This document shows positions 42,031 through 50,651 of a stretch of 64,000 nucleotides of DNA, one piece after another. The translations under genes were made by a program, and so were the position numbers. The notes beneath the pieces were generated by a model. That model did no database searches. It was not told the DNA's origin and saw only the letters and a program-made list of their open reading frames with translations. Position 1 is the stretch's first letter, and every line of letters begins with the position of its first letter. The DNA comes from an uncultured virus (IMG/VR IMGVR_UViG_3300044949_000816). Its lineage: Duplodnaviria; Heunggongvirae; Uroviricota; Caudoviricetes. Where the stretch lies: IMG/VR virus record IMGVR_UViG_3300044949_000816, positions 1-64,000 of that record; one strand, 5' to 3'.

Positions 42031-45000
42031 TTATTTATCTGATAACTTTTGCTCAAGTTTTTCTACCTTATCTGCAAGTTCTTTAATAGCTTCAATAAGT
42101 AAAGGAACTATTTTTTCATACTTAACAGTTAAGTAATCATTATTTGCTGGAGCAGGAGAAACTGCCTCTGGAAGAACTGCTTGAATCTGCTGTGCCGAAA
42201 CACCAACATGTGTTGTTTCAGTGCTGAAACCAAGTGTAGCACCAATCTCATTAAAGTTATATGTAAATCCACTGAGAGACAGAACTTTTTCAAGAGCATT
42301 TTCAAGTGGTTTGATATTGGTTTTAAGTCTTTCATCAGAAGCAAATGCAACAATATCTCCAGTAACAGACAACTCGTTTGAAGAAGCATCAAAGTACAAA
42401 CCACTGTCGCTATAGAAAGACTTATTTCCACCATTTGTAGTTTCTGTTAATGCAATACGATATGTTCCACTATCTGAGGAAGAATTCACATAAAGTTTAG
42501 TCGCAGTATCAGCATTACCAGTTACATTACCAGTTACATTACCAGTTAGGTTTCCAGTAACACCTCCACTAGCAGTAATTCTTCCACTAACATTAAGAGT
42601 TGATGCTAAAACAACTGCTCCTGCAAGATTTAAATTTCCACCAACATAAAGATTTTTAGCAACTCCTAAACCACCAGAAACTGTTAATGCACCTGTTGAT
42701 GTGCTAGATGATTCTGTAGTATTTGAAATTGCAAGAGTTCCAGATACTGCCAAGTTAGCAATAGTTGTAGTTCCAAGTACAGTAAGATTTCCTGTAGTAT
42801 AAATTGCACCATCAGTGGTCTGGATATAAGCTTTTTCAGTATTGTCTGCTCTACGAATAGATAATTTTTGACTATCCCCTCTCAAAATTATAGAAGAATC
42901 ATATACTGTAGTGGTTCCAGTAACATCCAAAGCAGATTCAATTCTAACCAAATTGGTAGAAGAATCTAAAATTAAGTTTTGACTATTGTAAGTTGTAATT
43001 CTATTATCTTGAGTATCGTCTGCAATTCTAATATATCCAATAAATGCTTCAGCAAAAGGTCTTGTAGAAGATCCTAACTTAGTGCCTAAAGAAGCGTATG
43101 GTAGAATGTCACTTTCAACGGTTGTTACTCCTTTAAGATATGATGTTCCATCAACGTTTAAAGTCCCATCAACATCTAAATTATCCTGAACATTTACAGT
43201 TCCTGATGTTGAATCAAGTAGTAAGTTTCCACTTGAAGTATCAATCTTATTATCTGCAGCAACTCCAATACGAACATCATCAATTGTTGCTCCACCATTA
43301 GCATCAAGAAGACCTGTTAATGTTGTTTGGCCAGTAACAGATAAGGTAGATCCTAAAGTTGTTGCTCCATCAGAATTTAACGTTCCATCAACATCTAAAT
43401 TATCTTGAACGTTTACAGTTCCTGATGCAGAATCTAAAATTAAAGATGTTGAATTTTTTGTATCAATTACGTTTGTTCCAGTAACACCAATTCTAACATT
43501 CTTTAATGATCCTCCAGAAACAGAATCAATTACTGCATTGAATGTAGCAGTATCTAGTGAAGAATCTCCTAAAACTATGTCACCTTTTAGATTGGTAATT
43601 GCATTAACTGTTAAATTAGATTCGAATGTTGCAGCATCTTTTACTTTTAGAGAATCATAGATATAAACTTCATCTACACCACTGATAAGACGTAATTGAG
43701 TTGATGCAGTATCAATTGTATTATCATCAGAAACTCCAATACGTATATTTTTAATAATTGCACCGCCATTAATGTCTAACAATCCAGCAACTGTTAAGTC
43801 GCCGTCAACATTAGCATTAAAATCTATATCTATGTTTGCTGCAACTCTAACATTATTGGTATTAGAATCTAAAACTAAATCTCCAGATGCAGTGTCTATA
43901 GTTGTTGCTGCAGTAGCACCTATTCTAATTTCATCAATATATGCTGCAGAGAATTTCTTAGTTGAAGATCCAATAGTAGAGTTTGATGAAGTTGTTGTTG
44001 TATGTGGAACCAAGTTTGACTGAATAGCAGTTTCTCCAGTCAAATATGTTGTTCCATCTACGTTTAGATTATTATTAACATCTAAATCGTCATCAACTAT
44101 AACAGTACCTGCTGAAGAATCTAGAACTAAACTTCCAGATGCAGTATCTATTGTTCTTTCACCAATAACAGCAATTTTAATTTCATCAATATATGCTGCA
44201 GAAAATTTCTTAGATGAAGTTCCAATAGTTGAGTTTAATGAAGATGTTGTTGTATGTGGAACCAAATTTGATTGAAGTGTAGTTTCTCCAGTCAAATATG
44301 TTGTTCCGTCTACATTTAAATTGTTGTTAATATCTAAATCATCATCAACTACTACAGTACCTGCAGAAGAGTCTAATGTTAAATTGCCAGATCTAGTATC
44401 AATTTCACCTCCTCCACTTGCACCTATTCTAATTTCATCAATATATGCTTCGGAGAATGATTTATCTAATGAACCAATGTATGCACCTTCATTTTCATCA
44501 GGAAGTAATCCAGTTACAACTGTAGTAATTCCAAGTAAATTAGTTTGCCCATTAATAGTTAATGCCTGATTAACTATTAAATGATCGTCTACAATAACAT
44601 TTGTTGATGCGGTTTGTGTTTTTAAAATTAAATCACCAGTCCAAGAATTTATTGTTCTATCTTGTATTTCAGTTCCTCCGGGAGTACCTTCAGTTGCAAT
44701 TCCAATTCCACCGAACCATCCAGATGCCCAAGGTCTCTCAGCAGATCCAATATAAGCATCTTCAATAGAATCTGGAACAAGACCAGTATTAAATTGAACT
44801 TGTCCATTAAATGTTGCGGTTCCTGAAATACTTACATTACCACCAATATTAACATTCTTTGCAATACCAAAACCACCTCTAGCAATAACAGATCCTGTAG
44901 TAGTGCTTGTCGAATCTGTAGTATTATTTAATTTTAAGATGCTGGAAAGAATTAACTCACCATTCATCTTAGTTTGTCTATTATTAATAATGATATTTTC

Positions 45001-48000
45001 GTTGAATGTAACAGGACCATCAAATTGAGAAAGAATTTGTTTTGATTTTCCACCTTCTACAAGAATTCTTTCTTTAATAATTGCTTCATCAAATACCACA
45101 CTCAATCTAGAAGGATCTTGTCCAGTAACTGTTGGGATTGGAATATCAAAAGTTAATTGTTCACCCGAAGATGAAGCATATTTCGTATTTCCAATGAAGA
45201 AATCACCATCACTATTCATTCCGGTATAAAGTGCGGATCCTCCAGATCTTTCTTGTGATTGTGCAAGAAAATCTTCTCTTTCTGTTAAAGTTTTAACTTG
45301 AATTTGTGGAAGACCAGTTGAGTAGTTACCAGGACCATATCCAAGGTATTCAAACGTATGACCAGATGCTCTTAAAATAGATGGTCTTCTAATTTCAATT
45401 GGAATTGGAGATATTTTCTTAATTATTGCACCTGCATAGTGATTTTCTTTTGCGGTTCCAAAATATCCCCTAATTGCTGTGATTTTATTATTTCCAGATC
45501 CAGTTAAAGTGCTACTGGAAACTCTCATAATTTCACTATCTATTTGAATATAAGAACCTAATTCAAATCTAGTGGTAGTAGAAATACCAGAATTTCTAAC
45601 AGTTATTGCAAAAGTTGAAGTTTCTGAAGTATCTGTAATAATATTTTCTTCAAGAGTTGCTTGTTCATTTGCATAGAAATGCATTCCTCTTGATCCTACA
45701 TTTTCCGATCCAGCATCTGATGTTAAATCATTAGAATTAAATCCGTGCTTAAGAACTCTAACAGTTCCAGAAAATGTTCTATTTGTTAATGCTGTAAATG
45801 TATTGACACCTACAACATCTCTAACTAAATAATCTCCAAAATTATTAGATGCTGAGAAAGAATCATTTAAAACTCTAAATTTATTTCCTGCAACTAATCC
45901 ATGACCGTGTTGGAATGTAAATGTGCATATTCCAGTAGCACTGGAATACTGAATATTAGATGTTGACGTTGATGGGCCAACATTCATAACATACTGTCCA
46001 ATAATTATATTTGGATCTCCAGAAGTTTTTGCAATAGCAATTTGATTCTTGGCAGGAATATCATATACTCTTAATAAATTATCGGATGCAGTTCCAATAC
46101 CAGTAATTTGTACAGAGTTGTTTCTGCAAATAGATATTGATCTTTCAGAAATTGTAATAGATGCACCAGAAAATCCTTCTAAATCTAAGGTTTGACCAGA
46201 TACATATCCAGATCCACCATCCATAATTTTTAAGGATGATATTGATCCCGATGAAACTGTTACTTGAGCCGTTGCTCCATTCCAAGATGTATTTGCGTTT
46301 AACAATCTAACATTATAATAAGTTCCATTTGGTAGACCAGATCCTGCAGTTAAAGTGTCATATCCAACAATAGAATTTAATCCGTGCTCAGTATTAAGAG
46401 TTATAGTACAAATTCCAGCAGATATGGCAGAAACGGTATCAATTTTGAAACCTTTACCAAAATCTTTAATGAATGTGTCCATAGCTTCCCTGGTCACACT
46501 CTTCTTCAAATCATTTGTTATAACTTCTCCAAGTGGAGAAACTTTTGCATATGAATATGAGGAACTTGGGTTATCGTCAATATTATCTCTATCTTGTTGA
46601 GGATATAAATCAACTACGTTTTGATTATATTTGTAATCATTGAAATGATTAGGAACAGAAACATCAGATTTTAATACATAAGCATGATATATTCCATCTT
46701 GCGCATTAAAGATATATGGTGATATTGTTTCTACGCGATAGATGTAAAAATTAGATTGTAAATCATTTCTTTCAAATCTAGGCAAATAAATGTCTCTAGT
46801 TGTTGGACCAGAGAAGATACCTACATTATGATAATTACCGTTATAGTCTGTTCTAGAATAGGTAAATGACTTATTATTAACAATACTTGATACTATAAAA
46901 TCACCATTAAATCCTGTTAAACCGACTCCTGTTAAATTAGTTGAAGATTTGACATTTTTTACTAAAACTCTATCACCAACTTTAAGATTATGAGGACGCT
47001 CTGAAACTACTGTTACTGAAGAAGAATCAAAAGAACATGTACTAATAAATCTTGGATTTCTATTATAATCAAAATTATTTGCAGTAATATTTGTCAAATT
47101 AAAATCAGAATTGTTTATTTGACCTGTTTTACTACTTTCTTGAATTACAAATCCTTCCGAAGGATTTCTTGCATTTGGACACTCTTTAGGTATAGCAATT
47201 CTTACTTTATATAATCTTTCGTCCAAACTTCTGTTGTCTGGATAACGTTTAATATATGTTACATCAGTTCTAGGTTCATCAAATCCAACCACTCCTAAAG
47301 ACCAAAGGCTTTGGTATATTGTATTATTTGGTTGTACATGGACAAACCAATTTGAACGATTTGGATCATATTGTATAGGAGATCCTAAATCTCCACTTTC
47401 TTTATCAGAAACTCTACTTAAAACTTTAAGTGAAGATCCTCCATACATTTTAATACCAACACCATTTACAGCGTTAGTAAAAGATGTTGCAACTTTAAGA
47501 CCAGTTATAAAATTACCACTACCAACACGAATTGCATAATATATTTTATTTGGAGTAATATTTTCTGGTAAATCTCCAACATTACTTAAAATAAGAATTT
47601 TTTCACCAGTTTGTATTTCATGATTTGTATCAGTGTACATGGTATCATATAGGGGCGCAGAAGTTATCTGTGCAATTCTATATTCTTTTAATCCTGTGTC
47701 AGATCCATCAATATATGTTAAACCAGAACCAACTGTGTTGTTGGTCATCAAAATTCTAGCATCTTTTTCAGTGCCATCTGGTAATGTCAGATATAATACA
47801 TCATCTACTTTTGCTCCAACTCTATATCCTTGAATTAGACCTGGTGGAACGTTATCTACACTATTAAAACCAAACAAATAAAGGTGACTGGATATGCCAA
47901 CAGCGGTAGTTAAACCAACATCAATGGAAATCCAATCAACGTTTTGCTCATTAGTTGTAATTGATTTTGGTGTAATTAAAGAAGTTATATAACCATAATT

Positions 48001-49620
48001 ATCTTTAGAGAATGCTTCTTTTTTAAATCCTTCAGCATTTAGTGAAAATTGACCAAAATTAGAGTTTGAGTTTGTGATTGACTGGTCTCCGCCAGATTGT
48101 GCATCAAAATGCTTGTTAAATCCAATCGCAAAAACAGAAACTACCTGGATGATAGAATCATTTGAACATTTGATGTGAGTAGTTTCCCATCCTCTTCTAT
48201 AAACGGCATCACTATCTAAGTGATATACTGTATCACTATTTGTCGATGATGCTCCAGATGATAAAGAAGAACCGTATACTTTTTCAATAGGTATTCCTGT
48301 ATACGATCTAGTTACTGGATTGTATTTTACAAATGCACGATCATCTTTTTGGAGAGAAACTGCAGTGTATTGTGCAACAACCATTGAACGGAATCCAGAT
48401 GCTTTTGCACCATCCGCGTGCATTCCATTCAATCCCCAAACCGATCTTAAAGAGCAGTTGAAAATATAAGGAGATGCTCCTCTAACTGTATCAGTATCAA
48501 TAGTAACAGTAGCAGATCCTCCAGGATCTGCAGGAAGATCATTTCTTACTGCTCTAAGAGTATATGTAAACGTAGTTGGTGTTGGAACTGATTGAACTAC
48601 TGTAGAAACATTATAATCACTTACATTGACCCCTTTAATCTTAATTGGAGTATCAACTGTGAGATTGTGTGGAACTAATGTGGTTACGGTGACAACAGAG
48701 TTTGGAGTTGCACCATCTCCAGAATAGATTGAAGTAATTTGTACTGGGTCAGTTCCAAATGCACCAACTATTTCCCATTCACTTCTTTCTTTTGCAAAAC
48801 CTTCAGGTAATAATGGGAATTTTTGTGCTGCTGGAACTTGACGAGTTGATCCTTCATTAAAGGCATTTGATAATTTGGCATAATACATGTCCAAATCAGT
48901 TAGTTCATAATTATTTGGAACATTTACACCATCTACATATTCAAATACTGTTAATTTATGGTGTGAAAATGTAGGAATTGCTTGGTTGCCTGATCCAAGA
49001 TCAAAAATAGAATTATCTGTATATACTAATTGATTTTGATCTGCATCAAATAAGGAAAAATTCCAGAAAAAACAATTACCAGTAATTCTGAAAAATGAAG
49101 ATGAAGGGACGTTATTATCAGTTGGATTTGGAACATATTTTGGTCTTATTTTTGTCTTTCTTAAATCCAATCCAATTAGTGATGTTCCTCTTGGCAGAAT
49201 AACTCCACCATTTATACTATTAAATTTGTATAGAATATTATCTTCTTGAGTTAAATCAAAATTACTCTGTAAATTTAAATTAAATACATCAGATGCTGGA
49301 GTCGTAACTGTACCTGATGGTGATACTGCTTGGGCAAGAGCGGTGCCAACTTTACGAATTCCAAAACCAGGTCTGTTATCAATAAGATGTTCCCCTGGAT
49401 ATACTAAGATAGTGGTTCTGTCATTCCTATCATTATTTTCTCCAGGAACAAAAGAAAATCTTGCTGCTTCTAAAAGAGCTCTTTGAATAGTTTTAAATGG
49501 TTTAGTAAGAGAATTACCTTGATTGGTAATGCTATCTGTTGCATCTAAATCGTTTGAATTTACATATAGAATTCTACCTTCATAATTCTTGATAAAATTC
49601 TCTAACTTATTAAGAGGCAT
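42031..49620 (-). CDS. Very large tail fibre/structural protein (2529 aa) with a C-terminal intramolecular chaperone (peptidase S74)
   Basis: C-terminal ASDERLKTNIKPLENALEKVLSLSGFTYNFN...GVSAQQIQAVLPEAV...VKYEKIVPLLIEAIKEL; CTAAATA box at 49653-49659. Confidence 0.88.
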   Translation of the reverse strand: MPLNKLENFIKNYEGRILYVNSNDLDATDSITNQGNSLTKPFKTIQRALLEAARFSFVPGENNDRNDRTTILVYPGEHLIDNRPGFGIRKVGTALAQAVSPSGTVTTPASDVFNLNLQSNFDLTQEDNILYKFNSINGGVILPRGTSLIGLDLRKTKIRPKYVPNPTDNNVPSSSFFRITGNCFFWNFSLFDADQNQLVYTDNSIFDLGSGNQAIPTFSHHKLTVFEYVDGVNVPNNYELTDLDMYYAKLSNAFNEGSTRQVPAAQKFPLLPEGFAKERSEWEIVGAFGTDPVQITSIYSGDGATPNSVVTVTTLVPHNLTVDTPIKIKGVNVSDYNVSTVVQSVPTPTTFTYTLRAVRNDLPADPGGSATVTIDTDTVRGASPYIFNCSLRSVWGLNGMHADGAKASGFRSMVVAQYTAVSLQKDDRAFVKYNPVTRSYTGIPIEKVYGSSLSSGASSTNSDTVYHLDSDAVYRRGWETTHIKCSNDSIIQVVSVFAIGFNKHFDAQSGGDQSITNSNSNFGQFSLNAEGFKKEAFSKDNYGYITSLITPKSITTNEQNVDWISIDVGLTTAVGISSHLYLFGFNSVDNVPPGLIQGYRVGAKVDDVLYLTLPDGTEKDARILMTNNTVGSGLTYIDGSDTGLKEYRIAQITSAPLYDTMYTDTNHEIQTGEKILILSNVGDLPENITPNKIYYAIRVGSGNFITGLKVATSFTNAVNGVGIKMYGGSSLKVLSRVSDKESGDLGSPIQYDPNRSNWFVHVQPNNTIYQSLWSLGVVGFDEPRTDVTYIKRYPDNRSLDERLYKVRIAIPKECPNARNPSEGFVIQESSKTGQINNSDFNLTNITANNFDYNRNPRFISTCSFDSSSVTVVSERPHNLKVGDRVLVKNVKSSTNLTGVGLTGFNGDFIVSSIVNNKSFTYSRTDYNGNYHNVGIFSGPTTRDIYLPRFERNDLQSNFYIYRVETISPYIFNAQDGIYHAYVLKSDVSVPNHFNDYKYNQNVVDLYPQQDRDNIDDNPSSSYSYAKVSPLGEVITNDLKKSVTREAMDTFIKDFGKGFKIDTVSAISAGICTITLNTEHGLNSIVGYDTLTAGSGLPNGTYYNVRLLNANTSWNGATAQVTVSSGSISSLKIMDGGSGYVSGQTLDLEGFSGASITISERSISICRNNSVQITGIGTASDNLLRVYDIPAKNQIAIAKTSGDPNIIIGQYVMNVGPSTSTSNIQYSSATGICTFTFQHGHGLVAGNKFRVLNDSFSASNNFGDYLVRDVVGVNTFTALTNRTFSGTVRVLKHGFNSNDLTSDAGSENVGSRGMHFYANEQATLEENIITDTSETSTFAITVRNSGISTTTRFELGSYIQIDSEIMRVSSSTLTGSGNNKITAIRGYFGTAKENHYAGAIIKKISPIPIEIRRPSILRASGHTFEYLGYGPGNYSTGLPQIQVKTLTEREDFLAQSQERSGGSALYTGMNSDGDFFIGNTKYASSSGEQLTFDIPIPTVTGQDPSRLSVVFDEAIIKERILVEGGKSKQILSQFDGPVTFNENIIINNRQTKMNGELILSSILKLNNTTDSTSTTTGSVIARGGFGIAKNVNIGGNVSISGTATFNGQVQFNTGLVPDSIEDAYIGSAERPWASGWFGGIGIATEGTPGGTEIQDRTINSWTGDLILKTQTASTNVIVDDHLIVNQALTINGQTNLLGITTVVTGLLPDENEGAYIGSLDKSFSEAYIDEIRIGASGGGEIDTRSGNLTLDSSAGTVVVDDDLDINNNLNVDGTTYLTGETTLQSNLVPHTTTSSLNSTIGTSSKKFSAAYIDEIKIAVIGERTIDTASGSLVLDSSAGTVIVDDDLDVNNNLNVDGTTYLTGETAIQSNLVPHTTTTSSNSTIGSSTKKFSAAYIDEIRIGATAATTIDTASGDLVLDSNTNNVRVAANIDIDFNANVDGDLTVAGLLDINGGAIIKNIRIGVSDDNTIDTASTQLRLISGVDEVYIYDSLKVKDAATFESNLTVNAITNLKGDIVLGDSSLDTATFNAVIDSVSGGSLKNVRIGVTGTNVIDTKNSTSLILDSASGTVNVQDNLDVDGTLNSDGATTLGSTLSVTGQTTLTGLLDANGGATIDDVRIGVAADNKIDTSSGNLLLDSTSGTVNVQDNLDVDGTLNVDGTSYLKGVTTVESDILPYASLGTKLGSSTRPFAEAFIGYIRIADDTQDNRITTYNSQNLILDSSTNLVRIESALDVTGTTTVYDSSIILRGDSQKLSIRRADNTEKAYIQTTDGAIYTTGNLTVLGTTTIANLAVSGTLAISNTTESSSTSTGALTVSGGLGVAKNLYVGGNLNLAGAVVLASTLNVSGRITASGGVTGNLTGNVTGNVTGNADTATKLYVNSSSDSGTYRIALTETTNGGNKSFYSDSGLYFDASSNELSVTGDIVAFASDERLKTNIKPLENALEKVLSLSGFTYNFNEIGATLGFSTETTHVGVSAQQIQAVLPEAVSPAPANNDYLTVKYEKIVPLLIEAIKELADKVEKLEQKLSDK
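43000..44800 (-). repeat. About 84-aa coding repeats related to those in the downstream fibre gene
   Basis: TTCATCAATATATGC at 43930, 44182, 44434 (period 252); KKFSAAYIDEIRIG...IDTASGxLVLDS. Confidence 0.8.
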
Positions 49621-49655
49621 CGGATTATATGAACCAAAATATTTCTATGTTTTAT

Positions 49656-49961
49656 TTAGTTCAGTAAATCCTCTTCGTCAAAAATATAATAATCATCGTC
49701 TGGCATATCTTCAGGGTTTTCTAACTCAATCGGAAACAAGCATGGATGACATTCTTCATCAATTAAATAAAATGAAGAATAGTATAAATCTTCTGGTTCA
49801 AATGTACGATTTTTATCTGCTTCTCTACAAAGATCTTGATCATACAAATGACCATCTGGTAATTCATCAAACGTAAAAGGTACGTGGTTGATAAAATACA
49901 TCTTCACAATCATACTACCATTATTATACCAGCAGTATGCGTGATCAATACGATAAGACAT
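49656..49961 (-). CDS. Conserved cyanophage hypothetical protein
   Basis: MSYRIDHAYCWY...VKMYFINHVPFTFDEL; AATAAATA box at 49983-49990. Confidence 0.75.
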   Translation of the reverse strand: MSYRIDHAYCWYNNGSMIVKMYFINHVPFTFDELPDGHLYDQDLCREADKNRTFEPEDLYYSSFYLIDEECHPCLFPIELENPEDMPDDDYYIFDEEDLLN

Positions 49962-49993
49962 AGGATTTACTCCCGTATCTTATATTTATTTTA

Positions 49994-50066
49994 TGCTCCT
50001 TGCGTGGATCGAACACGCCTCAGGCGAATTATGAGTTCGCTGCATTCACCAGATTGCTAAAGGAGC
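49994..50066 (-). tRNA. tRNA with CAT anticodon (probably Ile2/lysidine type; Met not excluded)
   Basis: GCTCCTT...GCGAA-CTCATAA-TTCGC...GCGTG-TTCGATC-CACGC-AAGGAGC-A; full cloverleaf; CCA not encoded. Confidence 0.9.
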
Positions 50067-50068
50067 GA

Positions 50069-50140
50069 TGGGAATACTGGGAGTTGAACCCAGACTAAGC
50101 CCTTATAAGGAGCCCGCTCTAACCATTAAGCTATACTCCC
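50069..50140 (-). tRNA. tRNA-Ile (TAT)
   Basis: GGGAGTA...GGCTC-CTTATAA-GGGCT...CTGGG-TTCAACT-CCCAG-TATTCCC-A; full cloverleaf. Confidence 0.9.
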
Positions 50141-50154
50141 ATAAACCCAGATCC

Positions 50155-50183
50155 ATTATAGAGGATCTGGAACTTTTTGTCAA
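50155..50183 (-). promoter_or_regulatory. Perfect sigma70 promoter TTGACA-N17-TATAAT for the tRNA pair
   Basis: ttgaca aaaagttccagatcctc tataat, 14 nt upstream of the tRNA-Ile(TAT) gene. Confidence 0.88.
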
Positions 50184-50371
50184 CTAGCTTCTTCGTGTTC
50201 TGTATGGATTCTTGTTAGATCATCTTTTTCTTCTGAATAATCATAAATTTTATACTTCATGAGAAGAACATTTCCAGATTTACCTTCTATGAGGAATTGA
50301 TAACCTTTTTCAACTTGTTCCATAACGGAATCAAAGTCTTTTTGCAGTTCTTCTACCGTGATAATCTTCAT
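50180..50371 (-). CDS. Phd/YefM-like small protein
   Basis: MKIITVEELQKDFDSVMEQVEKGYQFLIEGKSGNVLLM matches the Phd/YefM N-terminal pattern. Confidence 0.55.
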   Translation of the reverse strand: MKIITVEELQKDFDSVMEQVEKGYQFLIEGKSGNVLLMKYKIYDYSEEKDDLTRIHTEHEEAS

Positions 50372-50374
50372 GTC

Positions 50375-50566
50375 TTAAAAAGGATTAGAGTACACAAGAG
50401 TTTCTTCATCGACTTGAGTGCGAACTACTTCCAGAACATTCATGAATTGCTCAACAGTTTCACACTCTACAATTTTTTCACCACCTTCACTCGAGTAAAG
50501 ATAAAATTTACGGGCAAGAGTATCAACAACACAACGTGTCAGATATTCTTCAGTGTTAGAAGGCAT
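50375..50566 (-). CDS. Conserved cyanophage hypothetical protein
   Basis: RCVVDTLARKFYLYSSEGGEKIVECETVEQFMNVL. Confidence 0.7.
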   Translation of the reverse strand: MPSNTEEYLTRCVVDTLARKFYLYSSEGGEKIVECETVEQFMNVLEVVRTQVDEETLVYSNPF

Positions 50567-50592
50567 TCGGGATTTGTTTTGATTACCTATGT

Positions 50593-50651
50593 ATTATATG
50601 GGGATTTTGGGAGAATGTCAACCCTCCTGTGCCAGTTTTGAGAGTGTCACA
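50593..50651 (-). promoter_or_regulatory. Hybrid promoter: palindrome copy 12 plus perfect TTGACA-N17-TATAAT
   Basis: TGTGCCAGTT-TTGA-GAGTGTCACA at 50628-50651; TTGACA 50616-50621; TATAAT 50593-50598; spacer 29. Confidence 0.82.

Noticed and set aside
4977..50651. TGGCAC in the repeated motif as a sigma54 -24 box
   Set aside because: No TTGC at the -12 position, a sigma70-type -10 box lies at fixed distance instead, and cyanobacteria lack sigma54
4977..50651. Dispersed palindromic repeats as CRISPR repeats or integron attC sites
   Set aside because: Copies are hundreds to thousands of nt apart with no spacer periodicity, lack consistent RYYYAAC/GTTRRRY ends, and no cas or integrase gene is in the window
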